Source: Candidatus Nanopelagicales bacterium (GTDB lineage Bacteria > Actinomycetota > Actinomycetes > S36-B12). From it: a DNA stretch of 64,000 nucleotides. This document shows positions 40,665 through 49,399 of this stretch, one piece after another. A program made the translations under genes and the position numbers. The notes beneath the pieces are model-generated. The model saw nothing but the letters and a program-made list of their open reading frames with translations. It did no database searches and was not told the origin of the DNA. The DNA is taken from contig JAFMCP010000001.1 in NCBI GenBank assembly GCA_017857705.1, positions 19,773 through 83,772 of the forward strand, read 5' to 3'. Numbering within the stretch: the first letter of the stretch is position 1; the number at the start of each line of letters is the position of its first letter.

Positions 40665-41227
40665 GGATTTACTTCAAAGTCATGTTCAGCAATTACGCCA
40701 TCTTTTGCATGAGATCTGTCACCGTTTTTGAGGAAGTGTTCGACGCTAACTTGAATGAAAATTGCATGGGCAACTACGGCGACCGGCCCTTCGGCACTAT
40801 TGAGGTGTGCTGTAGCCACCGCATATATCTTTCTTCTTTCCTTGCCCAAGATTTCAGCTCGGAGGTGAAGCACAGAACCCACCGGCACGGGAACGCGGTA
40901 TTCACACTCCAACCTGCCCGTCACGGCTGGGTCGCCCAATAGCCAATTCAATGAGCCCAAAACTTCGTCGAGAGCCGCGCTAAGCAGCCCACCATGCGCC
41001 AACCCGGGGGCTCCCTGATGATGCTTGGTGACCGTGAACGTTCCCTCAATACTGAGATCTGAGCCGGCGAACATCAGCATGTGTAAACCAGTTTCATGAT
41101 CGTCACCGCACCCAAAGCAGGATTTAAAGTGTGAAGGAATTTGGTCACCAAATTGAGGCGCATGAGCCGCACGCTGAGGCAGGCTAGCCCCTGGAGGGAT
41201 ATGGGATGCCGAGGGTTTTGTAGACAT
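40661..41227 (-). CDS. PaaI-family (hotdog-fold) thioesterase
   Basis: The hotdog core is HGGLLSAALDEVLG, preceded by the Zn-ribbon-like CFGCG. The start was trimmed to the ATG at 41227 (MSTKPSAS). It overlaps dut by 4 nt. Confidence 0.7.
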   Translation of the reverse strand: MSTKPSASHIPPGASLPQRAAHAPQFGDQIPSHFKSCFGCGDDHETGLHMLMFAGSDLSIEGTFTVTKHHQGAPGLAHGGLLSAALDEVLGSLNWLLGDPAVTGRLECEYRVPVPVGSVLHLRAEILGKERRKIYAVATAHLNSAEGPVAVVAHAIFIQVSVEHFLKNGDRSHAKDGVIAEHDFEVNP

Positions 41228-41250
41228 GACACATGCACCATACTCCGAGG

Positions 41251-41712
41251 ATGCTTTACCGCGAACGACTGTTGCCTGGTGCAACCATTCTGTTGCTCAG
41301 TTTCGGGCTTTTTCTCATGGTCGGAATTGCCTATTCCGCCGCCTTCGGTTCCCTTGTCGGAATTTTTCTTGCGTTAATAATCAGTGCAATTTATGTCATT
41401 TTCGCGGTCACAACTGCCCCACAAATCCGAATTGAAGGCCACGCGGGTAACTCACTTCTCTGCGCTGGTCGAGCAAGGATCAGCCTCGCTGACATTCGCT
41501 ATGCCCGTGAACTCACACTCGAAGAGCAACGTGAGGTTGCGCGGGGTACGCGCAATGACACGGCCTTTCAACTAATCCAAGGAAAACTCCCCGTTGTTGA
41601 GCTGGAAATCTCTGATCCCATGGATCCCCATAGAAATTGGTGCCTGTCAAGCAGGACTCCGGAAAGATTGATCGAAGCAATTTTATCAGCCCAAGGACCC
41701 AAGATTAGTTAG
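41251..41712 (+). CDS. DUF3093 domain-containing membrane protein
   Basis: The N-terminus MLYRERLLPG is followed by two TM helices, as in DUF3093. The track start at 41233 is also possible. Confidence 0.55.
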   Translation: MLYRERLLPGATILLLSFGLFLMVGIAYSAAFGSLVGIFLALIISAIYVIFAVTTAPQIRIEGHAGNSLLCAGRARISLADIRYARELTLEEQREVARGTRNDTAFQLIQGKLPVVELEISDPMDPHRNWCLSSRTPERLIEAILSAQGPKIS

Positions 41713-41739
41713 TTTCTGGAGCGGTGGTAGAAAAGCACC

Positions 41740-42036
41740 ATGTCAGATTCACATGCTCGATCAATTAATAATGATGAATCAGCGTTGAATATTCACCCTT
41801 CAGGTGAAAACCAGTTGATGGTTCACGTCCTTGCGCCCCTGATTGTGATCGGAGCAACGTGGGCGGTCCGCAAAGCCCTCGATAGTGGATATCGCAAGGT
41901 GAGCGGCCACCCCGCCCCCAATTCGCAGGACACACAGGTCAAACTTGGCTCCGCCCTTGCGTGGGCCGCAATCACTTCCGCCAGTGCAGCTGTCGTTGAA
42001 GTGGCTGTCTTTAGATTCCTCGCTCGAAAAGGCTAG
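41740..42036 (+). CDS. DUF4235 domain-containing small membrane protein
   Basis: 98-aa ORF with two hydrophobic helices flanking the motif KALDSGYRKVSGHPAP. Confidence 0.5.
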   Translation: MSDSHARSINNDESALNIHPSGENQLMVHVLAPLIVIGATWAVRKALDSGYRKVSGHPAPNSQDTQVKLGSALAWAAITSASAAVVEVAVFRFLARKG

Positions 42037-42329
42037 GCACACTCTTTACATATGGGTCCGGATTTACCTTCGTGATCTAACTGGCTTTGGTGGTGCACCA
42101 GAAAACAGGACATACAGGTGAATTCATCGGTTTGTTTGGGGACAACCTCAACCGAGAGGTTTTCACCTGAGAGATCTGCCCCCGGCAACTCGATTGACTC
42201 CGCAAGCTCTGCTTCATCAACGTCAACCGGGGATGAAGCCTTTTCAGCACGCTGGGCTTTGAGTTCTTCCAGACTGTCCTCAGCGAGCTCCTCATCAGTC
42301 TTTCGAGGGGCGTCGTAATCGGTTGCCAT
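42033..42329 (-). CDS. DUF4193 domain-containing protein
   Basis: 98-aa ORF with the N-terminus MATDYDAPRKTDEE, an acidic middle and the C-terminal Cys motif FTCMSCFLVHHQSQL...CKEC. Confidence 0.65.
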   Translation of the reverse strand: MATDYDAPRKTDEELAEDSLEELKAQRAEKASSPVDVDEAELAESIELPGADLSGENLSVEVVPKQTDEFTCMSCFLVHHQSQLDHEGKSGPICKECA

Positions 42330-42476
42330 AGTGTCTCATTCCCTTCGGTTCACGGTCCCCCAAGATTAACTTCCGGGTTGCGCGCAGATTGTGCCTCATC
42401 GTCTTTAGAAGTGTGCAGGTGGGTGCCCGTCTAGACTGTCATCTCTATAAAAGATCTTCTCGTGAGGGGAAATGAT

Positions 42477-42995
42477 ATGCCAATTTATGCGCTAGGGGAG
42501 AAAACACCGCGGATCGATCCAACCGCATTCGTTCATCCAGACGCGGTGGTTATCGGTGATGTAACCGTGGGGCCGAGTTCAAGCATTTGGCCATGTGCAG
42601 TTTTGCGAGCAGATCACGGAAAGATCGTGATTGGATCCGGAACCTCGATACAGGATGGTTCTGTTATCCATTGCACGTCAACCTATGACACCGTGGTGGG
42701 AGACCGCTGCGTAATAGGGCATGGAGTCCACCTAGAAGGCTGCCGCATTGAATCAGGTTCACTCATTGGCTCGCACGCAGTTGTATTGCATAACGCGGTC
42801 GTCGGCCCGACAGCGCTTGTAGGCGCATGTGCACTTGTAGGAAACAACAAAATAGTTCCGCCGAATGCGCGGGCCCTTGGTGTACCGGCAACGATTACAC
42901 AGGGAGTTGTGACCAACGAGGATATTGAACACTCTGCCCAGATATATATTCGAAATGCGAGTTGGTACTCAGAGGATTTGAGACTCCTTGATTAA
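42477..42995 (+). CDS. Gamma-class carbonic anhydrase-like hexapeptide-repeat protein
   Basis: MPIYALGEKTPRIDPTAFVHPDAVVIGDV followed by left-handed beta-helix repeats. The start was trimmed to the ATG at 42477. Confidence 0.85.
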   Translation: MPIYALGEKTPRIDPTAFVHPDAVVIGDVTVGPSSSIWPCAVLRADHGKIVIGSGTSIQDGSVIHCTSTYDTVVGDRCVIGHGVHLEGCRIESGSLIGSHAVVLHNAVVGPTALVGACALVGNNKIVPPNARALGVPATITQGVVTNEDIEHSAQIYIRNASWYSEDLRLLD

Positions 42996-43814
42996 GAGGT
43001 CGTGGGCACCCGCTGCGATCAGTATCTGATTTAGTTCTTCAAAAATCTCAGGTGTACTCGAGATCAAGAGATTACCGAGGTCGTCATCGATTGGAGCTTC
43101 CACGCGACCTCCTGCAAGAGAAACAATTAAGACACCAGCCGAGTAATCCCAAGGATTGAGTCCTATTTCAAAGTAGCCGTCAATGAAGCCACTGGCCAAC
43201 CAGCACAGGTCAACAACGGCACACCCGGATCGCCGGATATCGGCAATCTGAGGAAGTACTGAGGCAACTACATCTGCCTGTAGTCCGCGACGCACGGGTG
43301 AGTAACCAAAACCAGTCGCAAGTAGGGAGTTGTGAATCTGACTGCCACGACGAACATTGAGCTCTGCCAGGGATTCACCACTGACGCAAAAAGAGCCCAC
43401 ACCTGCAATGCCCACGTAACTCTTATTTGTCTCGGGAATTGCAATAACGCCCACCTCGACAACCCCATCAACTTCTACCGCGATAGAAACCCCCCAGAGC
43501 GGAATCCCAAATAAGTAATTCACCGTTCCATCCAATGGGTCAATAATCCACCGCACTCCAGAGGTACCTATTCGATTCGAACCCTCCTCCCCCAGAATCG
43601 AGTCATTTGGCCTAGACGCAGTTATCAGATCCACGATCAGGGCTTCTGCCCCACGGTCCATTTCACTAACAAGGTCGGAGCCGCTCGATTTAGTATCGAT
43701 ATTGATATTTCGGGGACGCTCATTCTTTAAAAAGTCACCTGCATTCTGGGCACATTCCCAAGCCAGTTGACCGATCTCATGCTGATTCAACAGCGATCCA
43801 AGGGAGGCAATCAT
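42969..43814 (-). CDS. Inositol monophosphatase family protein (SuhB/ImpA/HisN-like)
   Basis: 281-aa ORF with IMPase motifs (ILGEEG, WIIDPLDGTVNY, and a WDYSAG-type C-terminal motif). Confidence 0.85.
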   Translation of the reverse strand: MIASLGSLLNQHEIGQLAWECAQNAGDFLKNERPRNINIDTKSSGSDLVSEMDRGAEALIVDLITASRPNDSILGEEGSNRIGTSGVRWIIDPLDGTVNYLFGIPLWGVSIAVEVDGVVEVGVIAIPETNKSYVGIAGVGSFCVSGESLAELNVRRGSQIHNSLLATGFGYSPVRRGLQADVVASVLPQIADIRRSGCAVVDLCWLASGFIDGYFEIGLNPWDYSAGVLIVSLAGGRVEAPIDDDLGNLLISSTPEIFEELNQILIAAGAHDLLIKESQIL

Positions 43815-43881
43815 GACTTAAGCCTGTCACACGCACACCAATACTGCTTGTACTGTGTGTTAGCGGTAGCGTTCACATGCC

Positions 43882-45189
43882 ATGTTTAAATCTGTTTACG
43901 AACCTTATGCCCATGCTTTGAGGCTTCCTGGTGCCGCAAAGTTCTCGGGTGCGGGCTTCCTTGCCCGAATTCCCCTTGCAATGATCGGGTTGGCGATTTT
44001 GCTTTTCATCAGCAATACCACCGGTTCTTATGCATTTGCGGGTTTCATTCAGGCTTCATTCACACTTACAGCAGCACTTGCCGCCGTTGCTTCGAGCCGC
44101 ATGAGTGATCGATATGGTCAACGAATCGTGCTTATTGTCCTACCGACTATTTTCGCGATCACATTATTTGCTTTTGTTTACTCTGTCTCGAACGACTTTT
44201 CTCGAGTCTGGCAAACCGTCCTCGCTGTAATAGCCGGTGCAAGCTTCCCATCCTTCGGGTCATTTGTGCGCACGCGTTGGGCATTTCTCACGAACAAAAA
44301 CGAGCGACTACTACATAGTGCATTTGCGTGGGAAAGTATTCTTGATGAACTAATGTTTACCATTGGGCCACTTGTTGCTGTCGCACTCGCGTTTGGTGTT
44401 AGTTTCGCAAGTCCCATTTTGGTGGGCGCAGTTATCACCCTTGTGGGTGCCCTGTTGTTAGCTTCTCTGGGCGAGACATCGCCACCCCCTTTCACTCGGT
44501 CCGAACACAAGAGTGAAGGATCCGCCCTCCGCTTTGTGGGTATGTCTTCAACCATCATTGTGGCACTGGGTGTTGGGGCGTTGTTTGGTACTTTTGAGGT
44601 AGCGGTGGTCGCTTTCATGCAAGAGGCAGGAACCCCGCAATTAGCAGGACTCACGTTAGCGCTGTGGGCGGCAAGTTCCATGGTTGGTGGCCTGGTCTAC
44701 GGCAGCCGCCACGTGAGCGCCCCACTATCGCGTCAGTTGGTTTACACGACACTCGCCTTAACGATCGTGGTCATGCCCTTAGCTCTCATAACTTCCCCTC
44801 CGTTACTCATCATGGTGGCGACCCTCTCGGGGTTTGCCATAGCACCCACCCTGATCTGCACTTTTTCGCTCACCCAGCGGCTAGTTCCGCCAAAGTTGCT
44901 CACAGAGGGACTCACGTGGACGAATTCAGGCATGGCTGCTGGGTTTGCCCTCGGTGCTTTCTTGAGCGGCGTGCTCATAGATCGCTTTGGAACTGCCTAC
45001 GCATTCGGTTTCGGCTCGTTGGGTGCAGCCTTGGCGCTGGCAGCGACGCTCCTTGCCCAACCCCGATGGAACAGGGCCATTGCTACCCGAGGCTATGCCC
45101 TAGATTGGACCGTCCCCGTTTCACTCAATCAAGAGCCGATACCTGGACCAGCACCCGGCGCGTTTCTGCACGAACGTGACGTCGAGTAA
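43882..45189 (+). CDS. MFS transporter
   Basis: 435-aa ORF with ~12 TM helices and the MFS loop motif SRMSDRYGQR. Confidence 0.8.
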   Translation: MFKSVYEPYAHALRLPGAAKFSGAGFLARIPLAMIGLAILLFISNTTGSYAFAGFIQASFTLTAALAAVASSRMSDRYGQRIVLIVLPTIFAITLFAFVYSVSNDFSRVWQTVLAVIAGASFPSFGSFVRTRWAFLTNKNERLLHSAFAWESILDELMFTIGPLVAVALAFGVSFASPILVGAVITLVGALLLASLGETSPPPFTRSEHKSEGSALRFVGMSSTIIVALGVGALFGTFEVAVVAFMQEAGTPQLAGLTLALWAASSMVGGLVYGSRHVSAPLSRQLVYTTLALTIVVMPLALITSPPLLIMVATLSGFAIAPTLICTFSLTQRLVPPKLLTEGLTWTNSGMAAGFALGAFLSGVLIDRFGTAYAFGFGSLGAALALAATLLAQPRWNRAIATRGYALDWTVPVSLNQEPIPGPAPGAFLHERDVE

Positions 45190-45264
45190 GTTAGGCTCGC
45201 ACCGAATTGTTGTAATTTTTTGACCAGAAGTCCGTGTTCGCCGGCTGAGCATTAGGAGTGTCCC

Positions 45265-45957
45265 CTGAATCCCCTAAGTCCTCGTGAAGTTCAGCAGCGT
45301 GTTCGTGCTGGTGAGTCTCCCGAACTCGTGGCGCAGGAAACCGGCTGGGATGTACAACGGGTGATCCGTTATGCCGAGCCTCCTCTTCGTGAACGTGCAT
45401 ACGTCGCTCAGTGCGCCAGCGAAGTGCAACTCCATCATGCCCGTGGGAGCGACACTCTCGAAAGCGTCATCTGTAACGCCCTCGATCTAAAGCCGGAGGA
45501 ACTTCACTGGGACAGCTCGTACCAGGATGGACAATGGCTGGTGCAATTATTTGCGCCCGGGATTGTTGAAAGTGCCCAATGGTCCTATGAACCGGTTGGA
45601 AAATCCGTGAATCCGGTGAACCCAACGGCTCGCACATTAATGGGTCTGGAACCGACCCGCGATTTACAGAATGCATCGGCCGTTGAGTCCACGATTATCG
45701 TTGACACGACCTCGGGTCACGCAAGCCCAAGGATTGAATCCAGCGCAGATATCGGTGTCGAAGAAAAAATCGTTGCCCCCGTCAAGTTGAGTGCTGTTCC
45801 CGAGTTATTCGAAATCGAAGAGCCTGAAGTAGATGTACCTCATGTACCAACTCCACCCGCCGCGGCTAAACCTGTCCCGAAGAGGGCAAAGAAGGGTCGC
45901 GCCAAGGTACCTAGCTGGGATGAAATTCTCTTTGGTGCAAACTCTCCCGACGACTAA
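45265..45957 (+). CDS. sepH: Septation protein SepH homologue (DUF3071-type HTH plus conserved C-terminal tail); start codon uncertain
   Basis: The HTH-like LSPREVQQRVRAGESPELVAQETGWDVQRVIRYAEPPLRERAYVA and the C-terminal KKGRAKVPSWDEILFG match SepH as I recall it. The track start (GTG at 45328) cuts the HTH. The only upstream in-frame candidate is the CTG at 45265, with AGGAG 6 nt upstream. Confidence 0.65.
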   Translation: MNPLSPREVQQRVRAGESPELVAQETGWDVQRVIRYAEPPLRERAYVAQCASEVQLHHARGSDTLESVICNALDLKPEELHWDSSYQDGQWLVQLFAPGIVESAQWSYEPVGKSVNPVNPTARTLMGLEPTRDLQNASAVESTIIVDTTSGHASPRIESSADIGVEEKIVAPVKLSAVPELFEIEEPEVDVPHVPTPPAAAKPVPKRAKKGRAKVPSWDEILFGANSPDD

Positions 45958-45973
45958 GTGATGGCGTTAAGCC

Positions 45974-46621
45974 CTACACAGTGTCAAATGGAAGTGGATT
46001 GCCGGACATGTGAGCATTATGTGACTTGTGCTTTGTGAGTCGGGCGCGATAGTGACGCCGACAGAGTACTTCATAGGAAGTCTCGCTTGTACTTGATACA
46101 TCTCCCACGAGCACCTGATCCCCTTCCGTGGTCATCTCACCGTCCACGGTACGAGCATTATGTAGGGCGCGAGTTCCACACCAACATAGTGCTTCAACTT
46201 GTAGGTACTGAACGCGATCAGATAGTTCCAATAAACGGGCTGAGCCCGGGAAAAGTTTGGTTCGAAAATCGGTCAAAATCCCAAATGCGAACACATCAAT
46301 CGCCAAATCATCCACCAATTGAGCAATCTGTTCGATTTGGACTGGCGAGTAAAATTGGGCCTCGTCACAAATTAGATAGTCAATCCGGTGGCCATTTGAA
46401 AGCCTGTCAACTACGAACCTGCGCAGATTCAATTCATCACTGACTTCGATAGCTGGCACTTCAAGTCCGAGACGACTCGACAGTACCGATTCCCCAGCCC
46501 GATCAAACTTAGTGAAAACGACACCTGATCTGCCGCGGCTTGCATGGTTGTGATCTGTTTGCAAAGCAAGTGTTGATTTCCCACAGTCCATCGTTCCTAC
46601 GAAATAAATCAGTTCGGCCAC
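45974..46621 (-). CDS. tdk: Thymidine kinase
   Basis: 215-aa ORF with the P-loop GTMDCGKST and a C-terminal zinc-binding Cys pattern (CWCG ... CRRH). Confidence 0.92.
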   Translation of the reverse strand: MAELIYFVGTMDCGKSTLALQTDHNHASRGRSGVVFTKFDRAGESVLSSRLGLEVPAIEVSDELNLRRFVVDRLSNGHRIDYLICDEAQFYSPVQIEQIAQLVDDLAIDVFAFGILTDFRTKLFPGSARLLELSDRVQYLQVEALCWCGTRALHNARTVDGEMTTEGDQVLVGDVSSTSETSYEVLCRRHYRARLTKHKSHNAHMSGNPLPFDTV

Positions 46622-46680
46622 GGGCGCATAATTCCACGTCGCCTAAGTTCACATGCACTTGGCCACGATCATTCCGGGGC

Positions 46681-47841
46681 CTAGTTATTTAATGCCGAGT
46701 GAAAAATTCTCAGAGGTATGAGCATCTCTTCTTCAGAAACAGACCCGTGCTGACCCAGAAGTGATGATGTCCGCGAGTCCGAGATGCTCGACAACATCGC
46801 GTTGCCATGTGCGATCACCATGAAATCGCCCAATCGCTGATAAAAGTCGGGATCGAGGTCTGAAAAAAGGGCACCATGAGTGAGATCCTCTCGAGATATC
46901 ACAGTGAAATCATCGCCTAGAGTGGCTTGCCATCGGGCTATCCCATCGTTGGCTGCACCAGTCCTCATGTAGATATGACGAGCCCGCGGATCCCCCGCAA
47001 CAAGGCTGACATCTAGGGTCAAATCAGCGTTGGATTCAATGTGAATTCGGCGATCAATGGGACAGGTAACCATTCCGTGATCCGATGTCACGATCAGACT
47101 GATGTCTTGATTCTTGTTTTCCATAATGAGACTGGCAAGGCGAGAAATGAAGGAGTCGACCAAGCTCAGTTCCATCATCCATTCTGGTGACCCCGAACCG
47201 TGCACATGTCCAATGCGATCCAAATCAGGCCAGTAAATGTAGGTCAATGCCGGTCCTTTGGTTTCATTGAGCCGAGCTCGGGCAAGGTTCTCCGTTTCCA
47301 ATAGATCGGCCGCTCCGAAGTACACACCTCCTCGAAGTACTGACCTCGTGATTCCAGAATTTCGGTACTTTTCGCGGGCGATGCTGGCAACATTGATGCC
47401 ATTTTCCGCGGCCCATTCAAACAATGGAGTGGACGGAGTCATCGAGATTGGATGGGGGGTCCGACCCCACTTCAATGGTGCAAATAGAGCGTCCTCTTCC
47501 GGAAGGAAAAAACTGGCACCGACGAAACCATGCTGACCTGGGGTTTCCCCTGTTCCCAACGACCCCAATGCCACGGGTGTCGTGCTGGGAAATTGTGTTC
47601 GCATAGGCACCGTCTCCGTTGATTGTGAGAGAAAAGTGTCAGTTCCAAATTTCTGAAGTTGAATCTCGCCGAGTCCGTCAACAAGTAGCACTAAGACATG
47701 TGAAGATGGCGGGATGAGTGCGATGGATTCGATGGACGTTGGAGCGAATAAGTTGGGATTTAGTGCATGAATGGCACTAGGAATTACGTCCTTTAACTCT
47801 AGGCCAGACTCTTTGATCTGATGAGGTTGTATTTCTTGCAC
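46681..47841 (-). CDS. Alkaline-phosphatase-superfamily protein (nucleotide pyrophosphatase/phosphodiesterase-like)
   Basis: 386-aa ORF with metal-ligand contexts typical of the superfamily (LLVDGLG, FPSTTPVALGSLGTG, YWPDLDRIGH, SDHGM). Confidence 0.7.
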   Translation of the reverse strand: MQEIQPHQIKESGLELKDVIPSAIHALNPNLFAPTSIESIALIPPSSHVLVLLVDGLGEIQLQKFGTDTFLSQSTETVPMRTQFPSTTPVALGSLGTGETPGQHGFVGASFFLPEEDALFAPLKWGRTPHPISMTPSTPLFEWAAENGINVASIAREKYRNSGITRSVLRGGVYFGAADLLETENLARARLNETKGPALTYIYWPDLDRIGHVHGSGSPEWMMELSLVDSFISRLASLIMENKNQDISLIVTSDHGMVTCPIDRRIHIESNADLTLDVSLVAGDPRARHIYMRTGAANDGIARWQATLGDDFTVISREDLTHGALFSDLDPDFYQRLGDFMVIAHGNAMLSSISDSRTSSLLGQHGSVSEEEMLIPLRIFHSALNN

Positions 47842-47847
47842 GCTGAT

Positions 47848-48429
47848 CTAGTTTTCACCTGAGACACTGGCTTGAGACAATATGTCGGCAAATTTACGCA
47901 CCTGTGCGACGGTTTCATCTCCGTCGGCCGCCTGAGAAACCCTCAATGAGAAATCGTCATTGGTTGTCGTGCCAACAAATCCGTGTTCAGCCTCACACCC
48001 AGGATCACCGCACGCCGCAGCCTCAATTTCTATCCGGCTCACCGCGCCCCAACCAACTGAGAGTACGACCTCAGAAAGTGTTGGTTCCCCCGAACCTAGA
48101 GGGTTTTTAACAACTTGGTTTAGCACAACTGTGTCAATAGCGCCTAAACGAACGCTCTCATTGGACGTCGATGCATAGATTTCACCTTCGTGGTTGTGCT
48201 CGTCGGTATGGGAGACTATGAGCCGAGTGTGGGTCAGAGCCAGAACGCTCATGTGCCGACGTAGTTCATCGCGCTCGAAGGTTGCCTCTTGATGCACAAC
48301 ATAAGCAAGTAGCTCTTCTGGACCAAGTGCGCTACTCAGTGACTGGAAAACAAGTTGAGGGTAGTACCCGTGACGCTCTAGATCACTTTGCATCTGCTGC
48401 ACCAGCACACCGGTCTTCATCGTGTCCAA
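47848..48429 (-). CDS. DUF5998 family protein
   Basis: 193-aa ORF. The N-terminal pattern LERHGYYPQLV...VHQEATFERDELRRHMSVLALTHTRLIVSHTDEH matches what I recall for this actinobacterial family. It lies immediately upstream of the phosphodiesterase-like gene. Confidence 0.5.
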   Translation of the reverse strand: MDTMKTGVLVQQMQSDLERHGYYPQLVFQSLSSALGPEELLAYVVHQEATFERDELRRHMSVLALTHTRLIVSHTDEHNHEGEIYASTSNESVRLGAIDTVVLNQVVKNPLGSGEPTLSEVVLSVGWGAVSRIEIEAAACGDPGCEAEHGFVGTTTNDDFSLRVSQAADGDETVAQVRKFADILSQASVSGEN

Positions 48430-48451
48430 GTCTAGGGGTTAGGGTCAAGTC

Positions 48452-49393
48452 GTGATTTTACCGAATCAAAAGTCCAACCTTTTTACGTACACGGACGAGG
48501 TTTCCCAAGCGCTGAATAGTGGCGCTCCCATTGTCGCTTTGGAGTCCACAATCATCAGCCATGGGCTCCCCCGTCCGGAAAATATGCGTGTTGCCCTCGA
48601 GGTAGAAAACATCGTTCGATCTCGCGGAGCTATACCAGCAACTATTGCCGTGCTTGAGGGCCAAGTTCACATTGGATTGTCAGAAGCGGACTTGGAGCAA
48701 GTTGCGACGCGCGATGATGTAGTTAAAACGAGCATCCGTGACCTTGCCACAGTTGCTGCACGAAAAGGATTCGCCGCAACGACCGTCGCTGCAACCAGTC
48801 ATTTAGCTCATGCAGTTGGCATCGAAGTTTTCGCCACAGGCGGTTTAGGCGGTGTTCACCGGCATGCTCGTGAGAGTTGGGATGAGTCCGCTGACTTGAC
48901 GGCACTGAGCCAACTCCCAATCACGATCGTGTGTTCGGGTGTGAAGTCAATACTCGATGTTGGAGCAACTCTGGAGAGGCTTGAGACACTGAATGTCGGT
49001 GTTGTTGTTTACGGATCACATCAATTCCCCGGCTTCTACCTGAGTGACTCAGGATTTTATATTGACTGGTCACTTGCTGACCCTTCAGAGATCGCAGACG
49101 TCATGGCTGCGAGACGCGAATTAGCCATCACTTCTGGCCTGGTGATCGCCAACCCATTGCCTCTCACAAGTCAACTTGACCCAGATTTACACGACGAAGT
49201 TTTAGCTGACGGTTTGAAATTAGCAGACTCAAAGAAAATTGCTGGTAAGGACGTGACACCTTTTCTACTCGACCATTTCCACCGAGCAACACACGGTCAG
49301 AGCTTGGTGGTTAATACTGAAATCATCGTTCGAAATGCCGACCTCGCCGCTCGAATAGCCGTTGCGAATTCCCGCGAGATGAAGCGGGCCTAA
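48452..49393 (+). CDS. psuG: Pseudouridine-5'-phosphate glycosidase
   Basis: 313-aa ORF with the PsuG signatures ALESTIISHGLPRPEN and TGGLGGVHR. Confidence 0.9.
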   Translation: MILPNQKSNLFTYTDEVSQALNSGAPIVALESTIISHGLPRPENMRVALEVENIVRSRGAIPATIAVLEGQVHIGLSEADLEQVATRDDVVKTSIRDLATVAARKGFAATTVAATSHLAHAVGIEVFATGGLGGVHRHARESWDESADLTALSQLPITIVCSGVKSILDVGATLERLETLNVGVVVYGSHQFPGFYLSDSGFYIDWSLADPSEIADVMAARRELAITSGLVIANPLPLTSQLDPDLHDEVLADGLKLADSKKIAGKDVTPFLLDHFHRATHGQSLVVNTEIIVRNADLAARIAVANSREMKRA

Positions 49394-49399
49394 CTAAAC

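Noticed and set aside
43830-43870. The ACACAC...GTGTGT imperfect inverted repeat between the IMPase and MFS transporter genes.
   Set aside because: The arms are low-complexity dinucleotide repeats with several mismatches. This is not enough to call an operator.
45191-45400. The 69-aa minus-strand ORF opposite the sepH start region.
   Set aside because: It is antisense to the conserved SepH HTH coding sequence and has no recognisable features. It most likely exists only because the opposite frame is open.
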